A DNA stretch of 64,000 nt from Octopus sinensis (Eukaryota), in contig NC_043014.1 in assembly GCF_006345805.1 (NCBI RefSeq), forward strand, positions 21,142,001-21,206,000. Direction: 5' to 3'. Below are positions 46,832 through 59,021 of this stretch, one piece after another. Positions within the stretch are counted from its first letter, which is position 1. Every line of letters begins with the position of its first letter. Below the pieces are notes generated by a model, which was given only the letters and a program-made list of their open reading frames with translations, searched no databases and had not been told where the DNA came from. Made by a program: the position numbers and the translations under genes.

Positions 46832-47084
46832 TAGTCACAATTAAAAGAAGAGTGCCATTGTTATCTAGTGAGCGATATTTCGACATCTTGTGTGTCTTCA
46901 ACTGGTTCAAGAGTTACCTCAATCCTTTCTATATTAACCAAAATGAAGTAGAATGACAAAAATATTTTTGAACCAGTTGAAGACACGCAAGATGTTGAAA
47001 TATCGTTCACTAGATAACAATGGCACTCTTCTTTTAATTTTTACTCTATATCTTCAGGAGGAGTTACCTCAATCCTTTCTATAT

Positions 47085-47130
<46 letters not shown>

Positions 47131-47381
47131 TAGTCACAATTAAAAGAAGAGTGCCATTGTTATCTAGTGAGCGATATTTCGACATCTTGTGTGTCTTCAA
47201 CTGGTTCAAGAGTTACCTCAATCCTTTCTATATTAACCAAAATGAAGTAGAATGACAAAAATATTTTTGAACCAGTTGAAGACACGCAAGATGTTGAAAT
47301 ATCGTTCACTAGATAACAATGGCACTCTTCTTTTAATTTTTACTCTATATCTTCAGGAGGAATTACCTCAATCCTTTCTAT

Positions 47382-47385
<4 letters not shown>
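46831..47385. repeat. Two tandem ~256-bp units (period 299) separated by (AAT)n, each holding a 72-bp inverted repeat
   Basis: In unit 1 the arms are 46839-46910 and 46968-47039 (3 mismatches), and the 27-mer GAGTTACCTCAATCCTTTCTATATTAA occurs in the loop and again at the unit end. Unit 2 differs from unit 1 by about 1 nt. Confidence 0.95.
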
Positions 47386-47456
<71 letters not shown>

Positions 47457-47479
47457 CATCATTATTATTATCATTATTA

Positions 47480-50400
47480 TTTCATTTAGAGCCGACATAC
47501 AGGGGATAATACAGTACACGCGGACGGTGGGGATTTTACATAAAACAACGAGTATACAATTAAAACAATAGCAGTAATATCAAACAAGAAGAATACAACA
47601 ATGAAAATTCAACAATGGTGAGGGGGATAACCACCTGGGGTTGGCTCAGGTATCCCACCAATCCTGAACCACTTGCCGCTTCGATGGCATCAGGGCAAGG
47701 CACCCTTCTCCCTCTCAAATTCACGAATTCACTAGCCTACAAGTGCATTATTGGAGTAGGTCCACTTACGCGGGCCATTTTCGCTACATTCACCCAACTT
47801 TTAGCAATTGTACAGGGAGGCAGCACTTCCCTCTCCACCCTCATCTTCCTTTCCAGGTGAAATTTGAAAACGTAGAAGAGTGATTGGCCGAAGAGAAAAA
47901 TGTCTATCTTCAGTCCACCATACAACTTTTTTCGCTACTGCTATCAAACAGAGGAAAATTGCCTGCCCTTCCGGATCACTGGAAGGCAGTGGATCGATCT
48001 TCACTGTGGAATCGGCCGATAGCTGGAACCGTCCGACACGTAATAACAGCTGTTCAACATAACTCTACAAGTCAGTAATGCAAAGACACTGGACGAGTGC
48101 GTGCAGAACGGTTTCGTCGCTCTGCACGCATCGTGTATATTGACCTGGTCGGGATTGCGCAGGTTTGCGCCTCTCCAACCAAATCCTCGACGACAAGCGC
48201 CAACCTCTTCACTAACACCTTGGCCAAAATCTTAAACTCTGTGTTAAGCAGAGTTATGGGCCTGAAGTTATCTAATGTGTTCATCTTGTTTTCGTCTTTC
48301 CTTACCAGCGTCACTAAGCCCCGGCTCACAAAACTAGGAATACTCCCGTTCTGCTGCTAGTTGCAGTAGAGCGCTTCGAGGAGATCCGAGAGCAAGTCTG
48401 GCATATTTACGTAAATCTCATAGAGTAGACCATCTAAACCGGGTAACCTGCGTCTCGTGCAGCCGACAAGGGTATCCTGAATTTCGGCTGAAGTTATCCA
48501 CTTTTCACAGCACTCAGCGTCAGCTGTCGGGAGACGAGGCAAGCTGTCAAGGTTTACCCGGGTCCTAACCTACGCGTCTTATCTAGGTCGCAGTACAGAT
48601 TACAAACTTATGATCTGAATAGGCGATTGTTTTAAAAAGTAGACATCCGACATTATTACTATTTTTCTAGTGAAAATACTATCTCTATACGATCTAGATG
48701 ACCCTAAGCGGTTGGTCCAGGTCCATATTAGCGCATTAGGGAAATCTTGTCGGTCACTGTAAGACAGTTGGAACTGGCTGATCAGATGCTTCAAGCTTTT
48801 GCAACCCCCTCTTCTATCAGCTACTCCCTCACGATCCCAGCGTTGGTCTAAGATTCTGTCCCAGTCCCTTACTAACAGTAAAGGGCGAGACGTACCTAGA
48901 AAGGCTACCAGATGCTTAAAGAAATCCGGCCGTTTGGCTCCATGAGGGGCGTAGACGGCCACCAGTCTAATGAAACTAACTTCACTATTGCTCACGTTCA
49001 GGACCACAACTTCCCGTCCGGGTCCTGAAAGATCGACCTTACCTCAAGATCCAATTCTTTCCTAAACAGCACTGCCACCTCCCATTCCCAGGCGACTAAC
49101 AGATGCAAAGATCTGATAGTCGTCGAACATGGGGACCAGTGCGCGTGTATTGGAGATCCTGGTCTCACTGACAACAATGATATCTAATTCTAAAGACTTG
49201 AGGTCGTTGAGCTCTTGCTTCCAGGGCGATTCCAGGCCTCGAACATTTAAAATTTCTATCCTTAATATGACCATGTTGGCAAGCTAACGAGAGAAAGAAA
49301 AGGTTTACTTACCTCCCGGTGTCTTGTGATGGTCGGGTGGTTTGATTTCCATAACTGGTGGCGTTTTTTGGGGAATCCCTTTAAGAGGCTCGATGTAGGT
49401 CTCACGTTCGCGATTCCCACGTCCTCCGGAAAGCTCTCTCGAATTTTTGTGTAGGAATCGAGCGACATTAGCGTACCAGAAGCACATTTTCAGGTAAGCA
49501 AAATGTGCCCGATTCGAACATTACTTCCCCTGTTTCAAATTCAATAATGAATACGAAGTTGGGTGTTTTGTATTGGTGTTGTTTAATTTGTTTGCTTGAT
49601 TGTAGTGGTGATGGTCTTCTTGTTGTTACGGTTGTATCTGTGTGTACTGTGAGTGTGTTATCTGCAGTTTCAGATGTTTGTGTCAGTGTTTGTTCTTGTG
49701 TCTGTTTAGGTTGTTTGCGTTTGGGGGATTCTGGTGATAATGATGGTGTTGGTGTTTTTGAGGAGACGTTTGTGTGGGTGATGTTTGTATTTTTTATTGT
49801 GGGTATTTTTATAGTTTGAGGAGTTTTTCTTTTGTGCTTTCCTTTTGGTCTTTTGGGGCCTTTTGCTTTTTTCCTTCATCTTCGCTACTGGAAGATGAGG
49901 AGTCTGTGACTTTTGTTTTGGGGAGCCTTTTGGTTTTCCTTCATCTTCACAACTGGAAGATGAGGAGTCTGTTTCTGTAAGTATGTATGTTTCTATTCTT
50001 GTTTATGTGTGTAGTCTTGTTTGGTGTGTGTGGGTGGGAGAGCTTTCTTCGTTTCCCCCTAGGGTGGTTAGTGTATTTGGTGTTGTGGCTGATGATTTTG
50101 CTATGTCCCGGCGTAGGCAGTAGTGGAAGCCTTTGACCCCTTGCACTTTTTACCAGTTGGGAACAGCGGGCTTGCAAATGAGATCTTCATCACAAGCGAA
50201 ACAATGCGGCACTTTGACTTTTGTCATTAAGTGTATCACCGTCCCGTTCTGGAGACGGATGTGGTCCAGGATTTTTTATGTTTTCGGGTCTGATCTGAAG
50301 AAGTATCTCCAGGTCAACCCCGGTCCATTCCTCCCTGACAGTTTTTGTCACCTCTATCGGGAAAGGATTCGTCCCGTCCACGATTACGCATCCCAGATGT

Positions 50401-51370
50401 CACCAAATATCAAGTCCTGGTGGGAACCTAGGAATGCGGGTACGTGCTGTACATTTCCCCATGTGGGAGAGGTATATAATGACTTTGCTGGTTTTGCAAG
50501 GGCTCATTGAATGCTTCATAGCGAGGGCTTCTGACTTAAACAGCGCCGAAATGGTGCCGTATTGCTTGCCCCTCGCTATGTACTCGATGTCATCTCTGAT
50601 GAACCTCAGCGCTGCTTCAACATCTACTTGGCTATTAAAGCCGCTCTTTTCATCTCTGCTGAGATTCATCTGAAAAGCACCGTTCTTCTATCCACTGCTT
50701 CAATTGCCTCTGATGGAATAGTTAGATTGGCCCACGCTTTTTCTTCTTTAATGAGTTTCCAAGCCTGTGTTAACATTTCATCTCTATTTGTGAGGTCCAG
50801 AGTAAAGCGTTACTTCTTTTTCGCTGCTGCTGCCGTGAACGTGCTTTTGTTGTTGGTAATTGTCTCGTTGCTGTTGTTGTTGCTACAGCTGCTGCTGCTG
50901 CTGCTGTTGTTGTTCTTGTCGTCACTTTTGTTATCGTTGTTGTTATTGTTGTCAGCGCTACCACCGCTGCTGTGACTGTCTCTTTCGTCGTCGTTGTTGT
51001 TGTTGTTGTTGTTGTTGTTGTTGCTACCTCTACTACTATTGCTGCTGTTGTCACTGCTACTGCTACTACTGCTGTTACCACAAGGTGGACTTTGTACTGT
51101 AACAGTCTCGTTTTTCTCCTCCCCTTTTCTTGTATTGTTGTCACAAACGGAGGGAAGGGAAAAGAAATCTTCAGCAATCACCGGATTCGTGGGAGGAGTT
51201 GTTTTCATTTTTCTCAACTCTTTCAAGACGCGCTCCGCCATCTTGTTGAATTGTGTTCAATTAAATTAAATCAAACGCCCGCCGAACTTATTTGGTGGGC
51301 CGAATATATAGACCCTAGAGGGGCTTAACAACCGTAGAAAACTAGTAACAGGTTCTTGGTGTTTCTATTG
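47480..51370 (-). mobile_element. L1/Tx1-clade LINE with 5' UTR, ORF1, internally deleted ORF2 and (AAT)n tail
   Basis: ORF1 starts at ATG 51241 (MAERVLKEL..., with a CFAC..SHLQARC knuckle at 50163-50203). ORF2 starts at ATG 49274 with APE motifs NVRGL, VSETR, RLVAVYAP, WTWTN and SDHKFV, then ITSAEI..PGLDGL.YE, NFRPITLLNTEFKILAK..L....QTCAI, then C-terminal CVQSDETVLHALVQC and KSWVNVAKM. No YADD motif is present. Confidence 0.92.
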
Positions 51371-51849
51371 ACAACTTGGAATAAAATAAATAATGCAAGA
51401 AAATACCAAACCAGTATAAATAAAAGCTTTAAGCTGCACCAACTTGGAGCGTTTGAAAACACGTTTTATATATTCCACAGTGAATAATAATAATAATAAT
51501 AATAATGATAATAATAATAATATTTTAAAGGGTTTGACGTAACTTCTCACAAAGCTAAATAGAGAATACGAAGAGCGCGATGCGATTGCAATAGATATTT
51601 TATTGGTTTGAACAGTATTTCGACAGCTTGCCTCACTTTGTCAAATTCAAAATGAAAAGTGATACATAGAAATTCAAAATTATAGAAATTGAAATTCAAA
51701 AATTTGACCGATGGCAACCTGCGTTCCCACATTATCTTCAATTTTCAAGTTTACAACTGACAAAAAGAAAAAGAAAGCTAAAATGAGAAAAAAGAAGAAA
51801 AGAAAAAGAAAGGAAAAAAAGAATATTTACTCAAACAGTTTTGTGTAAA

Positions 51850-53560
51850 TGTGATGAAATTTCCCCGTCACTTTGTTCATCCCTTCAGGGCGTGGTGTTA
51901 ATAACTCACAGACATATTTCTCCTCATGCATTTTGAGGACTGAAAGTCTAGCCGATTCAGAATATTTTCTGAAGATACGCACTTTCAAGTTTCCACAGAT
52001 CTCAAATCATCTTGACCATCAGGAGTGCTTTTCTGTCGACAGGTAGTGCTTACGGTACGTCCATTCACTCAGGGTTATTCTCAATACTTTCACCCACCTT
52101 TTTACAAATTTGCTGGAAAGAGCAGCTCCTTCTCTACTCTGTTCTCCGTCAAGAAAACACTGGAAATGTCTAAGCCTCAGTACTTGTCTATGAACCACAT
52201 TACCTACGGCATGCGAGTCTTTCACGCAGTAGATGCTAACAGCAAATATACCGTCTGTCCGGCAGAACACGCCCCCTCCACAGGGAGAAGAAGAACACAC
52301 AGTCCAGCCTGATTGGCCATGAAACCAGGCAAGCAGACGGTCAGATAGTTGTTGATGATCGATGCATTCGCCCCCTCCTCCCAGCTTTTCATGGCACATA
52401 ACTGCGCATCACCGATAAGACCATCGATAACAGGCCTTAGCCTCTCGGTTAACATCTAGGCCAAAATCTTGAGCTCTGCATTTAGCAGAGTTATGGGTTT
52501 AAAATAATCAAAGTTATCCCCGTTGTTCAAGTCACAGTTGAGATAGACATCTGCCGAGAGGCTCACAAGTCTGCCATATAAAGGAAAAGCTCGTAGGTTA
52601 GACCATCCAACACCGATGATTTCTCCTTTGTGCACCCCGTAATCGCTTTCCGTATTTCGTTAACTGTTATCGACTTTTACAGAACTTCCTATCCCTGTCC
52701 AAGTGCCCAAGTTAGCGGTAAAGTGCACTCCCAACACCAACACGCAACTCCCCCCACCTACAGTTGAGCGAAGCGCCACTGAAACTGCAATCATCTGCTT
52801 GGGATCGTGTAGTATGATCAAGGGTCAACCTCGCCGCCAGCACGTCAGTTGCAATATCTTTCCTAATCAAAGACAACTAACTTTCCTTCCTGCTTAAGAA
52901 TTCTCTCTCTGTATTTCCTTACTAAAACGTATTCGCAAATAACTGCCACATCTATGTCTAATGACCTGAAGTCGTTGAGTTAGCGGTACTACATCCAAGC
53001 AGACCCCCAGACCACGAACATTTACTTATACTACCATGAACGAAACTATGTCTGTCATGGAAAATAGATGGACAGATTACTCACCTTGATCTTCGAGAAG
53101 GGTGGGTAGTTTAGTTCCTTCTTCAGAAATGTCCACTGAAAAGCCCTTCTAATATTTTTTTTATCCATTTTTGTTCTGAAAATCTCAATACTTTAGGGAA
53201 AATTGTTCAACAGTGTTTTGTATACGTCCGCTGATGTTTTTAATAATAATAATCCGTCATAGGTTGTTTTATGAATAAATCCTTCAAATATTTCTTCTTT
53301 TGCTGCTATTTTATCTCTGAATTGTTTTGTTTTGGAATCCATCAACTCATTGTAGTTTTTATATATAACGATAAAGTTCATGATATTTTCATCGTCTGTG
53401 TTTGGCTGAGTCCGTCGTTGTTGTTTCCGGTGTTCCTTCTTTCGGTGTTGTTCTTGAGTGTTTTTTCTGTTGTTATTAGCACTGTTGTAGGTTTCAGTTG
53501 TGGTGTTTAGAGGTTTTGATGTCTTTTGGTGATGTTGGTGGCTGACTGCGTAATAATGTA
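51850..53560 (-). mobile_element. Second, more compressed L1/Tx1-clade LINE (ORF1 C-terminus and ~1-kb remnant of ORF2)
   Basis: Reads VNVRGL...LNDFRSLDIDVAVICE (from 53037), ITVNEIRKAITGCTKEKSSVLDGLTYE, FKPITLLNAELKILA..L...I...QLCA, then jumps to the C-terminal SSKFVKRWVKV. The ORF1 tail YKTLLNNFP..NYPP aligns with YTKIRESFP..NHPT of the first copy. Confidence 0.85.
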
Positions 53561-53649
53561 ATCCCTATAGAATATACATTACTCTCCTTATTTTGAACTG
53601 TACGTAATACGAGATTTTAGTCTTCTTTATCCGTGTAATGAATTTCTAA

Positions 53650-53850
53650 ATACATATAAGGCATCGGAGAAAATGCTTAGCGACATTTCGTTTGCCGCTA
53701 CGTTTTGAGTTCAAATTCTACCGCGTTCGGCTTGCCTTTCATCCTTTCGCGGTAAATAAAATAAGTACCAGTGGAGCACTGGGATCTTTGTAATCGATTT
53801 ACCCCCTGCCCATCAAAATTACTGGCCTTGTGCCAAAATTTGAAACCAAT
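53650..53850 (+). mobile_element. SINE family C
   Basis: AAAATGCTTAGCGACATTTCG...GAGTTCAAATTC...GTGCCAAAATTTGAAACC. Confidence 0.85.
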
Positions 53851-53859
53851 ATTATATAT

Positions 53860-54050
53860 ACATATATGAGGTAACTATGCACTGATAGATATTCACAGTA
53901 GCATCTCCATTTCGGTTATTGTAGTTACAACGTTTCGTCCGGTCTGTCCTCCGGCTATTTTCAAACGCCTATCGTATTCTGTAATACTCACAGTATTTCG
54001 AACCGAACTCTTTACTAAATATACGCCAGCGAAGTGATATTCTGGTTTTT
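53860..54050 (-). mobile_element. PLE pLTR relic with a decayed hammerhead
   Basis: TTGAAAA..CCGG(AGGACAGA)CCGG..GAAACGTTGTAACTACAATAACC; the same layout as 42420-42540, 26100-26170 and 54600-54680. Confidence 0.55.
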
Positions 54051-54095
54051 GGTTATTCTCCTACATGTTATGTTGTTGACTCGATCCATTTAAAC

Positions 54096-54493
54096 CAGTT
54101 GTTCTCAGTTGGGGTCCATATGACCCTCGAGGCTCCATATAAGACTTTTGAAGGTCCATGCAAGAAAAGTAGTAAAATTGGTGCTTCATGATAGAATTTT
54201 AAGGATCCGTGAAAAAGTTAGCTTTTTTAAAGTCAATATGGTAAGAACAGTTAGGTTTCTTTCTCTTATGTCTTTCATAGTTTAACATGAGTCCAAACAC
54301 TGAAACGTTCTCTTAGAGGTCATATTGCAGATCAACTCAAGTGAACGCACGTGAAGAAGCAATATAAGAATTTTGAAAGACATCTCTATAAAACTAGAAA
54401 ACTAGTTTATATACATTGAATTGCTATGGAGGTCCACCAGAATAAAATAGCAATAGAAGGGTACCATAGGCTAAAAATAGTTGGAAAACACTG
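54096..54493. mobile_element. Non-autonomous hAT-type MITE
   Basis: The ends are CAGTTGTTCTCAGT / AGTTGGAAAACACTG, and the flanks ATTTAAAC and GCTTAAAC resemble a decayed 8-bp TSD. It is an inverted homolog of 25545-25895. Confidence 0.55.
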
Positions 54494-54689
54494 GCTTAAA
54501 CTAAAGTAAACATTGTTTGACTGACCCTAGGATTTAACTCACTCCAACTAACTAAACTATTACACTTAACGGTTACTTATATTCACTATTATTTTGCCTC
54601 GTGAGACAATTAAGTCGAATCGTTGTTACTATAACAACCAAGATGAAGACGTGTAGTCTGAATATAGCACTGTGTAATAATAGCTTCTA

Positions 54690-55720
54690 ATTTAGGTATA
54701 ACACTAGCAGTATTGAGTGGGGGTGGTTAGTCGACATTTGACAGGTACTCCTCCGTAGGACGAAAAGCTGACCTCGACAGGTTTGAACACAGAATGTAAA
54801 ATATTCTGAACAAATACTGCAAGCATTTTTCCGCCGCTCTAACGCTTCTGCCAATTCACCAACTTCAGTAGAAAATAATCTTTTCTGCTATAGGCACAAG
54901 GCCTGGAATTTTGCAAGAGGGAGATAATTGATTATATCGATACCAGAGCTCAGCTGATACTTATTTCATCGACCCCAAAAGAATGAAAGTCGATCTCGGT
55001 GGAATTTGAACACAGAACGTATGAGTTTAAAATGTTGGTACAAGACCAGCAATTTCGGAGGAGGAAGCAAGTCGATACATCGACCACAGTACTCGTCCCC
55101 TAAAAGATGATAGGCAAAGTGAACCTCGGAGAAATTTGAACTCAGAACATAAAGACGGACGAATGCCACTAAGCATTTTGTTCGGCATGCTAACGCTTCT
55201 TATTTATTTATTGCCCAGAAAGGGCTAAACATAGGGGAGAAACAAGGACAGACAAAGGGATAAAGTCGATTATATCGACCCCAAAAGGATGAAAGGCAAA
55301 GTCGACCTCGGCGGAATTTGAACTCAGAACGTAACGGCAGACGAAATACTGCAAAGCATTTCGCCCGGCATGCTAACGTTTCTGCCAGCTCAGTGGAAAA
55401 TAATGATAATTCTTCGACTCAGAATTTCAAGCAAAACTTTAAAGATGGCGTTAACAAGCTGGAAACATTACAGGCAAATTAACAAATCGTTTCAGGTATT
55501 TGAACATTTAATAATGATTTCTAATATAAATACAAGAACTCGAAATTCAAGGGAGGAATATGATTGATTATATCGACCCGAGTACTTAACTGGGAATTTA
55601 TTATATCGAACCGCGAAAGGATGGAAGGTAAAGTTGACCTCAGAGGGATTTGAACTCGGATCGTTAAGGACAGTAACTAAATACTCAAGGCATTTTGTCC
55701 GGCGCTCTAATCCACCGATA
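54690..55720 (-). mobile_element. Head-to-tail array of about five SINE family C copies
   Basis: Repeated CGACCCC..AAGGATGAAAGGCAAAGTCGACCTCGGCGGAATTTGAACTCAGAACG...GCATTT..CCGGC units. Confidence 0.85.
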
Positions 55721-56700
55721 ATAATGGCAGTAGAAAAGATGATTGTGGTGGTGGTGGTGGTGTTGGTGGTGGTGGTGGTGGTGGTGATGGTGGTGGTGGT
55801 GGTGGTGGTGGTGGTGGTGGTGGTGGTGGTGGTAATCGTGATCATGATATAATCTTAATACACTATTGAAAGCAGCAACAATGAAACCGCAGAGAACAGC
55901 AGCAGCAACAACATCTTACTAATATTAAAGATAAATACACCACATGCACATACAATATCACATGCACTAACATCAACAACAACGGCAACAAACACAAAAG
56001 CAATAATAATATTGATAAAAATTTTAATAATTTTGATAAGAATAAAAATATTTTAAAATCTCAAAAAGAAAAGTAAATTTAAAATCTTAAATGTAAAAAT
56101 ATAAATATAAACAAATATATGGTTGTATATAGACATACATATGTACATATACACACAGACATAGATATGTACATACACACACACACATATACTGACGCAC
56201 GGTTAGTCACACACAAAGACAAATATATCGCTACATATATGCAATAAACGTACAAAACATACGAACAAAAGTATATAATTTGATTTTTTGAAATAGCGGG
56301 ACAGTAAAAATATCAAAGAATTTTTACTGCAACCATTTGTCCAAGAATTAATAGCAATCATTCTTGTCTCAGTAGCTGCTCTCTAGGTGTCCAATACTGT
56401 AAAACGTCGATTCATATACGCAATTATTCGCAGATAATTGCTCAAAGATGGCGCTTCTTCGCATTTTAGCGATGCTGTTTTGGCTTCGTTCCTTGTTGTT
56501 ACGCTTTAATTATGTTCTCTGGTGATTAGCTTAGTCTTTGATTGAATAAAATCTCAACCATCCCAGCCACCTCTTCTCCTCCTCATCTTCCTCCATTGCC
56601 TCCTATATCTCTTCTTCTCTCCTTGTTTCTTTTCCTTTATTTCCCCTTATCTTTTCCTCGCCATTCGTTTTCTCCCTTTCATTACATTATAGCTTTACTT

Positions 56701-56753
<53 letters not shown>

Positions 56754-56754
56754 A

Positions 56755-56786
<32 letters not shown>

Positions 56787-57498
56787 AATTTAGCTAGTTA
56801 GCTGGCAATCTATCTGTCTACCAATTTATCTTTCTCTTTTTCTTTATTTCTCCCTTTCGTCTCCCCCTCTTAGAAATGTATACACATAAATATACATTCA
56901 TAGTACCACACACACACACATACAGACACACACATATATATACATATACATACATATATATATATATACATATATATACATATACATATATACATATATA
57001 TACACACACACAAACACATATACATACACATACACACACATATAGTTATTTATTTGTTATCGTGCATTAATTTGAAAACAATACAACAGAATAAATTTAA
57101 CTCCTTCACTCACACGTATTGACACTTTCATACGTACGTGCATACACTCAGATAACACACGCATACACACGCACACATATACATTTTATTTTTAACTAAT
57201 TATGTTTATTGTATGATCATATATATATATATATATATATATACGTGAGAGCATGTATACATGTCTGTAAGTGTGCACGTGCGTGTGTGTTTGTGTGTCA
57301 GTGCACACACATACTATAAGGCTGCCGCCAGGATCTCAAGAGTAATGCATATTTAGATGGTACATTAATTTTGAGACACACACACAGACACACACACGCA
57401 CACGCACACGCACGCGCGCGCACACACACACACACACATACATATATATATGTATGTATGTATGTATGTATATATATATATGTATATATATATGTAAT

Positions 57499-57533
<35 letters not shown>

Positions 57534-57537
57534 TATG

Positions 57538-57593
<56 letters not shown>

Positions 57594-57632
57594 TGCGCCT
57601 GTTAATGTGCAAGTGTATATGAATATGTATGT

Positions 57633-57686
<54 letters not shown>

Positions 57687-57957
57687 TGTGTGTGTGTGTG
57701 CTTGTGTGTGTGTACGTGCGTTTGTGCGTGCTTACACATTTCCAATAAATGCTAACGCTTATGTCCTGATTGACGACGCTTTAAGCTCTGAGTTCAAACC
57801 GTCAGTGGTTCATCTTGACATTAGCCAGTCAAAGACTGACAAGATTAAGTACCAGTGAAATACTGGGGTTGATCTAAACGCCTATGTACACCAGCATTTC
57901 TAACCTTCTATCGATTTAAGAATTTTATTATTTCTATTTCTTATATTAAAATCCACA

Positions 57958-58112
57958 GGCGTGGCTCTGTGGGAAGCAGTTTGCTTCCTAATCACATGGT
58001 CCCAGGTTCAGTCCCGCTGCGTGGCACCTTGGCAAGTGTCTTCTACTGTGGACTCGGGCCGGCCAAAACATTATGAGTGGACTTGGTAGACGGAAACTGA
58101 AAGAAGCCCGTC

Positions 58113-58115
<3 letters not shown>
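57958..58115 (+). mobile_element. SINE family A 5' half
   Basis: GGCGTGGCTCTGTGGGAAGCAG...GGTAGACGGAAACTGAAAGAAGCCCGTCG. Confidence 0.85.
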
Positions 58116-58162
<47 letters not shown>

Positions 58163-58379
58163 GTATGTGTGTGTGTGTGTGTGTGCACGCGTGTATGTAT
58201 GCATGCGTGTGCGTGATGGTTCGTCCGTCAAATTTAACGATGACCAAGCAACTATCATATTTAAAATTAATTAACGGAAAAAGAGAGAATGTGAGAAAGA
58301 AATAAAGAAACAAAAGAGAAGAGGAAGTTGTCTTAACTTACCACTGTTCGTTCGTTGGTGACCAATGAAGATGATAACT

Positions 58380-58870
58380 TCTACCACTCGGCCCTTCAAC
58401 AGTGCATGCATCCATTGAGGCGCAGGAGAATTATAGTTGGCCCTACCTTTATTACACATTGCGTACCGTAAGAGCTACGGATGTGACGGAATTTTTTTGC
58501 CACAAATGTCTTCCACGGCAACTGCCGTAATGAAAGGTCCATTGTCTGTAGATCTCCGAATTTTCGGCCACCAGTAATCAAGAAAGACCATCACTGACTG
58601 CACAGCTCAACAACAGGTGGGATGCGAGGACCGTGACTGCTACCGTGGACTGTTAACTACGGCAATGTTGTCATTTTACTGTCGCATAGGCAATCACCAT
58701 AACGAAACTATTTGACCTTTAGAGGTCTGTTAATCGTGTACTACACAGATTTAACAACAATGCAGTGAGGGGTTGCCCATATCAGACTCACTCTTTTGTT
58801 TTCGCACAATATAGCTAATGGCAAGTCGAAACAATCGGACTTGTACGAAAATACAGGAGGTTACCAGAAT
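58380..58870 (-). mobile_element. Possible DDE integrase relic (LTR/Ginger/Polinton-like); ~180 bp duplicated at 61485-61665
   Basis: Reads VFLDYWWPKIRRSTDNGPFITA, resembling the integrase core G-x-P-x-x-I-x-T-D-N-G-P-x-F. A near-identical second copy lies 3 kb away. Confidence 0.4.
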
Positions 58871-58953
58871 GGCGATGATAAACTCAGCGCTCTGGCTAAT
58901 GCGTGTACGTGTGCGTGTTGGAGTACAGACAGACAGACAGACAGATAGCTAGC

Positions 58954-59021
<68 letters not shown>

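Noticed and set aside
46831-47385. Repeat-spacer appearance suggestive of CRISPR
   Set aside because: Eukaryotic context, only two long identical units separated by AAT microsatellite, no unique spacers and no cas genes.
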